A DNA stretch of 64,000 nucleotides from positions 200,088 through 264,087 of the forward strand of contig NIVC01001592.1 in assembly GCA_002269645.1 (NCBI GenBank). Reading direction: 5' to 3'. This DNA is from Macrostomum lignano (taxonomy: Eukaryota). Shown one piece after another: positions 14,785 through 26,291 of the stretch. Below the pieces are notes generated by a model. That model saw only the letters and a list, made by a program, of their open reading frames with translations, ran no database searches and was not told where the DNA came from. The position numbers and the translations under genes were made by a program. Numbering within the stretch: the first letter of the stretch is position 1; each line of letters starts with the position of its first letter.

Positions 14785-15473
14785 CTAAAAATGGTCTGTT
14801 TGTGTGTGCGTGTGTGTGTGATCGATTTTAGCAAAAATGGCTCAACCAATTTTCTTCGAACCTGCACTGTTCGATCAGAAATTATTCCGTGACAGTACAT
14901 GCATCGTGGCTAAGAAATTGCTTGATGCTAAAGGGATTAAATATTCGAAAAACATGCTTTTTTGCAAAGGTCAAGCAGCTCTTTCGACTTGAAATGCATT
15001 GTAAGAATGCTAGCAGAAAAACTGACCGGTTGAATTCTAAATTCTAAAATGGATTGCATCACAATACACTTTATTTATCGTCTGTGTACTGGCTGAATTT
15101 GACACTCAATTGAATTGCGTCACAGCTTTGAGTGTGAAAGCATAGCGCAGTACCCAATTTATATTACGTAACCATTTGTTAACTTTCATAGACACTGGTA
15201 CTGACTTGCCTAAGAAATTGATTATGTCATAACTGCTTCGTGTGACTTTTTACTCTACCTGACTTGGTGTGAGTGTTGAATTATATAAGTAGTACAAATT
15301 CACTGATAACTTCGATGAGAGCTAGCCTAGAGCTGAAGAGCTAGACTGCTAATGCAGCGACCTGGTTTCGAATCTAAGTAGTTTAAAAGTAGTAGTGTAA
15401 TTTTTTTATTAAAAGCTTTTATTAAATATTTAGTCCTTTAATAAAACATTTAGTCCTTTAATAAAACAAAACT

Positions 15474-18400
15474 TAGATTACTGCACTCGATAAGCCAAGG
15501 ATTATTGCTATTAGTAAACTAAGGATTACTGCACTCGATAAACCAAGGACTATTGCTATTATTAAACCAAGGATTACTGCAGTTGATTAATCAAGGATTA
15601 TTGCTATTAATAAACTAAGGATTACTGCACTCGATAAGCCAAGGATTATTGCTATTAATAAACCAAGGATTACTGCACTCGATAAACCAAGGACTATTGC
15701 TATTAATAAACCAAGGATTACTGCACTTGATTAATCAAGGATTATTGCTATTAATAAACTAAGGATTACTGCACTCGATAAACCAAGGATTATTGCTATT
15801 ATTAAACCAAGGATTACTGCACTTGATTAATCAAGGATTATTGCTATTAATAAACCAAGGATTACTGCACTCGATAAACCAAGGATTATTGCTATTATTA
15901 AACCAAGGATTACTGCAATTGGAAAACAAAGGATTACTGCACTCGAGAAGCCAAGGATTATTGCTATTAATAAACCAAGGATTACTGCACTCGATAAGCC
16001 AAGGATTATTGCTATTAATAAACCAAGGATTACTGCACTCGATAAACCAAGGACTATTGCTATTATTAAACCAAGGATTACTGCACTTGGTTAATCAAGG
16101 ATTATTGCTATTAATAAACCAAGGATTACTGCACTCGGTAAACCAAGGACTATTGCTATTATTAAACCAAGGATTACTGCACTTGATTAATCAAGGATTA
16201 TTGCTATTAATAAACCAAGGATTACTGCACTCGATAAACCAAGGATTATTGCTATTATTAAACCAAGGATTACTGCGCTTGATTAATCAAGGATTATTGC
16301 TATTAATAAACCAAGGATTAATGCACTCGATAAACCAAGGACAATTGCTCTTGGCAAACCAAGGATTACTGCACTCAAGAAGCCAAGGATTATTGCTATT
16401 GATAAACCAAGGATTACTGCACTCGAGAAGCCAATGATTATTGCTATTAATAAACCAAGGATTACTGCACTCGATAAACCAAGGACTATTGCTATTATTA
16501 AACCAAGGATTACTGCACTTGATTAATCAAAGATTATTGCTATTAATAAACCAAGGATTACTGCAATTGGAAAACAAAGGATTACTGCACTCGAGAAGCC
16601 AAGGATTATTGCTATTAATAAACCAAGGATTACTGCACTCGATAAACCAAGGACTATTGCTATTATTAAACCAAGGATTACTGCACTTGATTAATCAAGG
16701 ATTATTGCTATTAATAAACTAAGGATTACTGCACTCGATAAACCAAGGATTATTGCTATTATTAAACCAAGGATTACTGCACTTGATTAATCAAGGATTA
16801 TTGCTATTAATAAACCAAGGATTACTGCACTTGATAAACCAAGGATTATTGCTCTTTATAAACCAAGGATTACTGCAATTGGAAAACAAAGGATTACTGC
16901 ACTCGAGAAGCCAAGGATTATTGCTATTAATAAACCAAGGATTACTGCACTCAAGAAGCCAAGGATTATTGCTATTAATAAACCAAGGATTACTGCACTC
17001 GATAAACCAAGGACTATTGCTATTATTAAACCAAGGATTACTGCACTTGATTAATCAAGGATTATTGCTATTAATAAACCAAGGATTACTGCACTCGGTA
17101 AACCAAGGACTATTGCTATTATTAAACCAAGGATTACTGCACTTGATTAATCAAGGATTATTGCTATTAATAAACTAAGGATTACTGCACTCGATAAGCC
17201 AAGGATTATTGCTATTAATAAACCAAGGATTACTGCACTCGATAAACCAAGGACTATTGCTATTATTAAACCAAGGATTACTGCACTTGATTAATCAAGG
17301 ATTATTGCTATTAATAAACCAAGGATTACTGCACTCGATAAACCAAGGATTATTGCTATTATTAAACCAAGGATTACTGCACTTGATTAATCAAGGATTA
17401 TTGCTATTAATAAACCAAGGATTAATGCACTCGATAAACCAAGGACAATTGCTCTTGGCAAACCAAGGATTACTGCACTCAAGAAGCCAAGGATTATTGC
17501 TATTAATAAACCAAGGATTACTGCACTCGAGAAGCCAAGGATTATTGCTATTAATAAACCAAGGATTACTGCACTCGATAAACCAAGGACTATTGCTGTT
17601 ATTAAACCAAGGATTACTGCACTTGATTAATCAAAGATTATTGCTATTAATAAACCAAGGATTACTGCAATTGGAAAACAAAGGATTACTGCACTCGAGA
17701 AGCCAAGGATTATTGCTATTAATAAACCAAGGATTACTGCACTCGATAAACCAAGGATTATTGCTATTAATAAACCAAGGATTACTGCACTCGATAAGCC
17801 AAGGATTATTGCTATTAATAAACCAAGGATTAATGCACTCGATAAACCAAGGACAATTGCTATTATTAAACCAAGGATTACTGCACTTGATTAATCAAGG
17901 ATTATTGCTATTAATAAACTAAGGATTACTGCACTCGATAAGCCAAGGATTATTGCTATTATTAAACCAAGGATTACTGCACTTGATTAATCAAGGATTA
18001 TTGCTATTAATAAACCAAGGATTACTGCACTCGATAAGTCAAGGATTATTGCTCTTTATAAACCAAGGATTACTGCAATTGGAAAACAAAGGATTACTGC
18101 ACTCGAGAAGCCAAGGTTTATTGCTATTAATAAACCAAGGATTACTGCACTCGATAAGCCAAGGATTATTGCTATTAATAAACCAAGGATTACTGCACTC
18201 GATAAACCAAGGACTATTGCTATTATTAAACCAAGGATTACTGCACTTGATTAATCAAGGATTATTGCTATTAATAAACCAAGGATTACTGCACTCGATA
18301 AACCAAGGACAATTGCTCTTGGCAAACCAAGGATTACTGCACTCAAGAAGCCAAGGATTATTGCTATTAATAAACCAAGGATTACTGCACTCGAGAAGCC

Positions 18401-20692
18401 AAGGATTATTGCTATTAATAAACCAAGGATTACTGCACTCGATAAACCAAGGACTATTGCTATTATTAAACCAAGGATTACTGCACTTGATTAATCAAAG
18501 ATTATTGCTATTAATAAACCAAGGATTACTGCAATTGGAAAACAAAGGATTACTGCACTCGAGAAGCCAAGGATTATTGCTATTAATAAACCAAGGATTA
18601 CTGCACTCGATAAACCAAGGATTATTGCTATTAATAAACCAAGGATTACTGCACTCGATAAGCCAAGGATTATTGCTATTAATAAACCAAGGATTAATGC
18701 ACTCGATAAACCAAGGACAATTGCTATTATTAAACCAAGGATTACTGCACTTGATTAATCAAGGATTATTGCTATTAATAAACTAAGGATTACTGCACTC
18801 GATAAGCCAAGGATTATTGCTATTATTAAACCAAGGATTACTGCACTTGATTAATCAAGGATTATTGCTATTAATAAACCAAGGATTACTGCACTCGATA
18901 AGTCAAGGATTATTGCTCTTTATAAACCAAGGATTACTGCAATTGGAAAACAAAGGATTACTGCACTCGAGAAGCCAAGGTTTATTGCTATTAATAAACC
19001 AAGGATTACTGCACTCGATAAGCCAAGGATTATTGCTATTAATAAACCAAGGATTACTGCACTCGATAAACCAAGGATTATTGCTATTATTAAACCAAGG
19101 ATTACTGCACTTGATTAATCAAGGATTATTGCTATTAATAAACCAAGGATTACTGCACTCGATAAACCAAGGACAATTGCTCTTGGCAAACCAAGGATTA
19201 CTGCACTCAAGAAGCCAAGGATTATTGCTATTAATAAACCAAGGATTACTGCACTCGAGAAGCCAAGGATTATTGCTATTAATAAACCAAGGATTACTGC
19301 ACTCGATAAACCAAGGACTATTGCTATTATTAAACCAAGGATTACTGCACTTGATTAATCAAAGATTATTGCTATTAATAAACCAAGGATTACTGCAATT
19401 GGAAAACAAAGGATTACTGCACTCGAGAAGCCAAGGATTATTGCTATTAATAAACCAAGGATTACTGCACTCGATAAACCAAGGATTATTGCTATTATTA
19501 AACCAAGGATTACTGCACTTGATTAATCAAGGATTATTGCTATTAATAAACCAAGGATTAATGCACTCGATAAACCAAGGACAATTGCTCTTGGCCAACC
19601 AAGGATTACTGCACTCAAGAAGCCAAGGATTATTGCTATTAATAAACCAAGGATTACTGCACTCGATAAGCCAAGGACTATTGCTATTATTAAACCAAGG
19701 ATTACTGCACTTGATTAATCAAGGATTATTGCTATTAATAAACCAAGGATTACTGCAATTGGAAAACAAAGGATTACTGCACTCGAGAAGCCAAGGATTA
19801 TTGCTATTAATAAACCAAGGATTACTGCACTCGATAAGCCAAGGATTATTGCTATTAATAAACCAAGGATTAATGCACTCGATAAACCAAGGACAATTGC
19901 TATTATTAAACCAAGGATTACTGCACTTGATTAATCAAGGATTATTGCTATTAATAAACTAAGGATTACTGCACTCGATAAGCCAAGGATTATTGCTATT
20001 ATTAAACCAAGGATTACTGCACTTGATTAATCAAGGATTATTGCTATTAATAAACCAAGGATTACTGCACTCGATAAGTCAAGGATTATTGCTCTTTATA
20101 AACCAAGGATTACTGCAATTGGAAAACAAAGGATTACTGCACTCGAGAAGCCAAGGATTATTGCTATTAATAAACCAAGGATTACTGCACTCGATAAGCC
20201 AAGGATTATTGCTATTAATAAACCAAGGATTAATGCACTCGATAAACCAAGGACAATTGCTCTTGGCAAACCAAGGATTACTGCACTCAAGAAGCCAAGG
20301 ATTAATGCTATTAATAAATCAAGGATTACTGCAATTGGAAAACAAAGGATTACTGCACTCGAGAAGCCAAGGATTATTGCTATTAATAAACCAAGGATTA
20401 CTGCACTCGATAAGCCAAGGATTACTGCACTTGGAAAACCAAGGATTACTGCACTCGATAAGCCAAGTATTATAGCTATTAATAAACCAAGGATTACTGC
20501 ACTTAGAAAACCAAAGATTACTGCACTCGATAAGCCAAGGATTATTGCTATTAATAAACCAAGGATTACTGCACTCGAGAAGCCAAGGATTATTACTATT
20601 AATAAACCAAGGATTACTGCACTCAATAAGCCAAAGATTATTGGTCTTTATAAACCAAGGATTACTTCACTTCATAGCCAAGGATTACTGCG
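15474..20692. repeat. 24-bp satellite array (~217 monomers) with alternating monomer classes and higher-order repeats
   Basis: Core CAAGGATTA(C/T)TGC plus a variable segment. ORF-track blocks 17953 and 18817 are offset by 864 bp (36 monomers). Confidence 0.97.
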
Positions 20693-20734
20693 ATTGATTA
20701 GCTTGGCTACATGTATAGGATTATTTCTATCCAG

Positions 20735-20990
20735 GGATGCTTGCTATTTAGGAATTCTTGCTATGTGCAGGATGCTTGCTATCTGGAAGGATGCTTCTAC
20801 ATTATTTGGGGGATGCTTGCTATCTGGGTGGATGCTTTTATCCGGGGCCCGGGGGATGCTTCTATTTGGGGGATGCTTGCTATCTGGGTGGATACTTGCT
20901 AGGAGTATTAGGGGATGCTTGCTGTCTACAGTTGTTTACTTTTGGAGGCGGGTGCTTGCTACTGGGGGGATGCTTGCTGTCTTGGGAATA
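20735..20990. repeat. Degenerate GGGATGCTTGCTATCTGG repeats
   Basis: Several imperfect copies between the satellite and the hairpin end. Confidence 0.7.
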
Positions 20991-21250
20991 TTTTCTATTT
21001 AGGGGTAATGTCTGTTATCTTTGTGAAAGCTATATTTTCTCGTCTGTTTGTTAATTTTAGAAAAAAGAGATTCATAGCAAATATTATTGTCCATGACAAT
21101 TTTAAATGAATAAGGTGATTTTTAAAAGTGATAAAGGACTTAGTTTTTAAGAAAATGTGCTTTTTCATTGATTTCCATAAACTATTTTTGCTTCGTTCTT
21201 ATTGGGCGCCCCGAAGGGGGGCCGCACTAGATTGCTAGTGTCAGCTAAGA

Positions 21251-23292
21251 TTGAAGTCAAGAGTGATCAAGAGCTGGATACATCTATTGAGGAGGCTGCT
21301 TTTGCTAAACTTAATTTTCTTGTCGAGCAGCTAAGCTTTTCGAGTTTGAAGAAGGGGAAGCTAACATACTCCAGCGAGCTACTTGCTTTTTCATACCTGT
21401 TGCAGCACCACAGCCCATCAGCGTACAATTTCATTCGGAAATCCAACACAGTCAACCTCCCAAGTGTTAGGCATCTGCAGAGGCTTTCTTCCGGGTTGAG
21501 CAATGACCCTGACATCAAGGCTACCGAAGATTATCTCAAGCTAAAAGTTTACAGCCTGCCTGAGTCTGAGAGGGTAGTGCTTCTTGCAATCGACGAAATT
21601 TATTCGTCGAAGCGAATGGAATTCAGTGGAGGCAAGGTATTTGGCACTGACTCAGAAACCGATGAGCTCGCCAAAACTGTGTGCGCTTTTTTGATCAAGT
21701 CACTGCATGGAGACTTCCAGGAAGTAATTTCTCTTATTCCAAAAAGTAGGCTTAGTGCTCTGGACTTGCAAAATCACCTCACTGACTGCCTTGCTCTGCT
21801 TGATCGGGTTCACCTGAAGCCAGTGGTGTGCATTGTTGACAACAATGCAGTGAATAGGAGCCTCTTTCAAGGTCTTCTATGCAAAGGCAAGCTGCAATCA
21901 TCAATTCCAAATCCGGTGTCTGGCGAGCCGCTGTTCCTTCTCTTCGACCCTGTACACAACTTTAAGAACATCTTGAACAATTGGATTTCGCGCCAGGTGT
22001 TTCAATTTCTGGACTTCACCGATCCCCAGAAAATCCAAACAGCAGATTTTCGCGATTTGCACAAACTTCATGAACAAGAAATTGGGCAACCAGCTCGGAT
22101 CGCCTTTCAACTGAATACAAGGTCCTTGAATCCAACGAACTTGGAGAAAACTAATGTTCAGCACGCAGCCAGCATCTTCAGCGAGTCTACTGTAGAAGCA
22201 GCAAAGTTCTACCATTTTTCCTCTGGCTTGGTAGCTTTCCTAGCGCTCATTCTTAACATGTGGACGATCTGGAATGTCAAGACCACTAGGAAAGCGAAGG
22301 AAAAGCGGCTTCCCGACGCCGCTCCGCTGGTGCCAAACGATCACCGCCTCGACAAGCTGCGCCAGTTTGCCGCTTTCTTCCAACGTTGGGAGGATTCGAA
22401 GTTGCCCGGCTTGACTGCTCCCACTTTCCTTGCTGTTAAGTCCTGCTGTCTCACTCTTGCTGATCTTTCCGAGCACCTTTTCTCTAGGTATTTATTTCCC
22501 TCTGTTTTGACAGGTAGGATAGTCAGTGACTGGATCGAGCGGCGCTTTGGTCGCTACCGCCAGTTTCACGGAGGCGACTATTTTGTTTCTGTCCGGCAGA
22601 TCCTTCAAGCCGAGAAAATTCGCGTTTCCAGCCTGCTTCAGTTTCATGGCCTTGGACTGAAAGATTTAAAAATTCTTGACCAGGCGAGTTCATCCGAGTT
22701 TTTTAATCCACTCTTATCCGTGAAGCTTCCAGGTCTCCAGCATCTTGACGCCGCTCTTACATCTAGTGACCGAAACATTTGTTCCTATCTTGGTGGCTAC
22801 GTGTCTAAAGGTCTATGCGGCCAGCTGAAGTGCATTGACTGCAAGAATCTTCTACTTACTAACGATTACTTGGAGTTTATTGCCGAAGAGGACTCTGCTG
22901 ACGACTTTGCCCTGATTCAAATGCGTGACCGAGGCGGTCTGAAGTGCCCCAGCAAATTCGTATTTTTTCTTTTGAAGGCATCCTACTTCATGTTTGGACA
23001 TCTGCGAGATAATGGTCTGTTAACTGCTGATCTTCTCACCTCTGGTAATTTAGTTCAAAATATTGTTGAGCTCTGCCAGGACTACGTGACTGAATCCACT
23101 GATTTTACGACCCTTTCAAGCCAGACTTGCAGTTGTGGAAAGGCAGCTGCTACTCTTTCTTCGCGGGTCTTAATTCCTGCAGTCCGGATTTATCTAAAGA
23201 ATTTTGTCAATGAGACAAACGATGAGAAGGCGAAGAACCAGAAGGCGACGAATCGTAAGGCGTCCAAGCTTTCCAGCAAGAGTTCGAGTTAG
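21251..23292 (+). CDS. C-terminal catalytic part of P-element/THAP9-type transposase
   Basis: Open to TAG at 23292. Motifs KLNFLVEQL..YSSELL..SPSAYNFIR..LPSVRHL, AIDEIY (D1), IVDNNAVN (D2), FDPVHNFKN (DxxH), SDWIERRFG (E). Confidence 0.92.
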
Positions 23293-23761
23293 CTGTTTAA
23301 TATGCGTTTTAACGAGGGAAGCTCAGATTTTAAGCCGGGATTTTTTCTTTTTGTTTATAATATTTAATGCCGAATTTTAATTTTTTCAGTTTCATTTATT
23401 TGTTGTATAATTTGTAATTGCAGCCTTTTATTTTTCAAATAAACACGTATCAATTTATACACTTTTTCATACTGTGCGCACTGAAATAAGTGGGCTCTCG
23501 GGTAGTCTGGGGAAGAAAAACGAGACCCAACTTGTATAGGCACGATTTCAGTGTCGCTTCCTGGTGAGCGAAGCGAACAAAGAGGCTTCCCTGCCTCAAC
23601 CCACACCTGACCTAAACCTAACTTTAACCCAACCTAAAGCCTTGAAATCTCAGCAATTCTTCTCCCCTAAGCCTTGGCATTTTAGTGATTCCTTCTTTAA
23701 GAATCACACAACTATAACGATTCCCTCCAAGCTTTGACATCGTAGCAATTCCCAAATGATT

Positions 23762-23823
23762 AGCTAGATAAATAGATAGATAGATAGATAGATAGATAGA
23801 TCGATAGATAGATAGACAGAGAG

Positions 23824-23854
<31 letters not shown>

Positions 23855-23889
23855 GATAAATAGATAGACAGAGAGATAGATAGAGATAG

Positions 23890-23938
<49 letters not shown>

Positions 23939-23990
23939 GATAGATGGAGGGATAGATAGATAGATAGATGGATGGATACATAGCATAATA
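23762..23990. repeat. (GATA)n microsatellite
   Basis: About 230 bp GATA repeat. Confidence 0.95.
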
Positions 23991-24428
23991 CGATAGCATC
24001 AAAAGTTTAATAGCATTAGCTAGTGGAGTGCAAACTTACACGAGAGGCTGCTATTTGGAGCGAAGCATCTTGTTGGAAGGAGAATGGTATTGCTGATCAA
24101 AGACTTTGGTTGGTAGGCAGCACGGGAATTAAACGGCAGAGGCTATAAGACAAGTCATTTAAGTAGTAAAAATGAATGCAAGCATAGCTGAACTGAAGTT
24201 CCCTTTCCTAGTGTACATAGGTAGAAATGAAAGGACAGTAAAAAGCGTTAAAGAGTAAACAATCTTTTTGTATGAGACGAGCACCCATCCCAGTGTTGTA
24301 CAGTAACACGCGGTGCAATCTGTTGGTCTGTACCCACTATCCTGTTCCCCTTCACCTTCACATACTATCGATTTTTTTGGCTGGAGCAAGGGACCATTTT
24401 TTCCACGGCGTTTTTTGTCAAAAAAACG

Positions 24429-24601
24429 CCAAGCCAGGGAATGGGGCTTGTTGATACGAGATAAGAAATGCTTCTAGGGCTCTTCACTATTGGCTACGAA
24501 TTTGAGCTTAAACACTGCAGTATAGTAAGTCCATATTGATATAGATACGAGATATATATAGTCCAGTTGGCGTGAGTTAGCTCCGACAGCAAAACCCACA
24601 G
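24429..24601 (+). repeat. 173-bp dispersed repeat, copy B
   Basis: Direct repeat of 12385-12557. Confidence 0.9.
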
Positions 24602-24982
24602 CAAGGCGTGCAGGGGCCTGTGTGTACCCATTAGTCAACAAGTGCCAATTAAGCATCACCGGCGACATGTTATAAACTTTCAAAGTCATGATCCTATCCC
24701 ACCCTTTTGTTGACTGCAGCATAATCACTTGACGAAGTAATTAGATCAACGCTTACATGTACATGGGTATGGGCTGTTTATGTTACACAAATCCACAGGT
24801 TGTTACATACATGGAGGAATATAACGTAACATTAACATGGCTTGTATATATTATCCTGTTTAATTAATAAATGCATCTAAGATGCAGATATTTGAGGTGG
24901 GGAACATAAAATTCGATATTTGTATTAACAACCAACAGTGACTTCCTGGCTGAGTTTTAGAAAGTCACACTGTGAGCCAAAC

Positions 24983-26291
24983 TAGGGGTGTTCGGGATGG
25001 CATTTTTTCGGGGTTAACCCCGATCCCGAACATCTTTCGGGAATCCCGAACCCCGTCCCGAACATTTATCGGGAACCCCGAACCCCGCCCCGAACCCTAA
25101 TCCCGACCCCGAACCCCGATAACCCCGAAGTAAGCAATAGCATGTAATAAAGTGGTATTGACGGCTACTTACGACTATTAGCCTGTTTCAGTTCAACTTA
25201 AAATTAATGTGAAGTGTGAAATTAATTTAAGGCAGGTTGCATTTCTTTTGTTTTCTTTTTCCAATAGTGAATCAAATAGTGAACTCAAGGTTCGAAAACC
25301 ACTATTTATTCAGTATATCACAATGAAAATGGGCGGCATCTTGTCCAGAAAGCTCCTGCTTAAGGCTCCAGATGACATCACTCTTGAGATGGTTTTGGAT
25401 GTCCACCATGTCACCCAGGTTTAGATGAGGCGATGCGACGATGGTATTGTCTAGAAAAGCAGCGGTCTTGTAGAACAAGATGTTGAAGTCTTTGCACTCA
25501 AACGTGTACTTGTTCAGCTGCTCCATAAGACGCCTCCGAATGGATCGATCGACGCCGTCAACATCAGCAGAAAGAAATTGCCGCAGACCATAGAGGACGA
25601 CATAGGCAATGTTAGCGGTAGGATAATTTGGACCTGAAAGCATTTTTGTGGCGAGCGAGACTTGGCTCAGAACATTGAGAAGTGCGCTTGCAATCTCCTT
25701 CTCCTCTTGGCGCAGAAAGAGGTCTCGGAGCTCCCTTGTTTCGGTGTCGCTGGTCGAGTCCTGAATGAGCTGGCAAAGCGCCTTCTCGACGTCAGATGAG
25801 CGCTGAAAGTAGATGCGAAGCATGACGAATGTAGAACTCCAGCGAGTCTTGACATCAAGTGGCACCAAACTGTCTCCGGTTCCGGTGGCCTCGGCCTCTC
25901 TTCGAAGCACATCTGCAGCTCGAGTGGAGTGTCGGAAGAGCTTGGCCGTCCTCCGAAGCTTGGCCACGGCGGCATGAATTTTTAGCCTCTCGTCAGAAGG
26001 AATGGACACGGCAACTCCTTCAGCCCACTCGGTGTCGTCTTTGTCGTCTTCATCCTCAGCTTCACTGTCGCTATGCCCCTGGCCCTGACGCCTATCATCT
26101 ATGGAAATTCAGAAAATTTGCGAAACCCCCGAAAACCCCGAAATCTCGGTCCAAAATCCCGTCCCGAACATAGATCCCGATCATTTATCGGGAACCCCGA
26201 ACCCCATCCCGAACATTCATCGGGACCCCGAACCCCGACCCCTAATCCCGAACCCGAACCCCGACCTAACCCCGAACCCCGAACACCCCTA
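24983..26291 (-). mobile_element. Internally deleted hAT (Ac-like) transposon, 1309 bp
   Basis: 14-bp TIR TAGGGGTGTTCGGG. Perfect 8-bp TSD AGCCAAAC (24975-24982; 26292-26299). Many subterminal CCCGAAC motifs. Confidence 0.93.
25302..26009 (-). pseudogene. hAT transposase fragment (insertion domain)
   Basis: DVKTRWSSTFVML and LSGPNYPT..AYVVL motifs; lacks N-terminal and C-terminal dimerisation regions. Confidence 0.85.

Larger units (their letters stand above)
14785..21238 (+). mobile_element. 6.45-kb satellite-carrying insertion in the transposase gene, with Helitron/Helentron-like end
   Basis: Bounded by the 12-bp direct repeat TGTCAGCTAAGA (14773-14784; 21239-21250). GT-rich microsatellite near the left end. 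GC hairpin + ACTAGATTGCTAG at the right end. No transposase ORF. Confidence 0.75.
13648..23593 (+). mobile_element. P-superfamily (THAP9/Galileo-like) DNA transposon, 9946 bp including a nested 6.45-kb insert
   Basis: Perfect 44-bp TIRs CAGGGAAGCCTCTTTGTTCGCTTCGCTCACCAGGAAGCGACACT (13648-13691; 23550-23593). 7-bp TSD CCTCAAC (13641-13647; 23594-23600). THAP and P-type transposase ORFs inside. Confidence 0.95.

Noticed and set aside
15474-20692. CRISPR/TIGR-like repeat-spacer array next to a nuclease-fold gene
   Set aside because: The variable parts are a small reused set rather than unique spacers, the organisation is higher-order, the context is eukaryotic and there are no cas-like genes.
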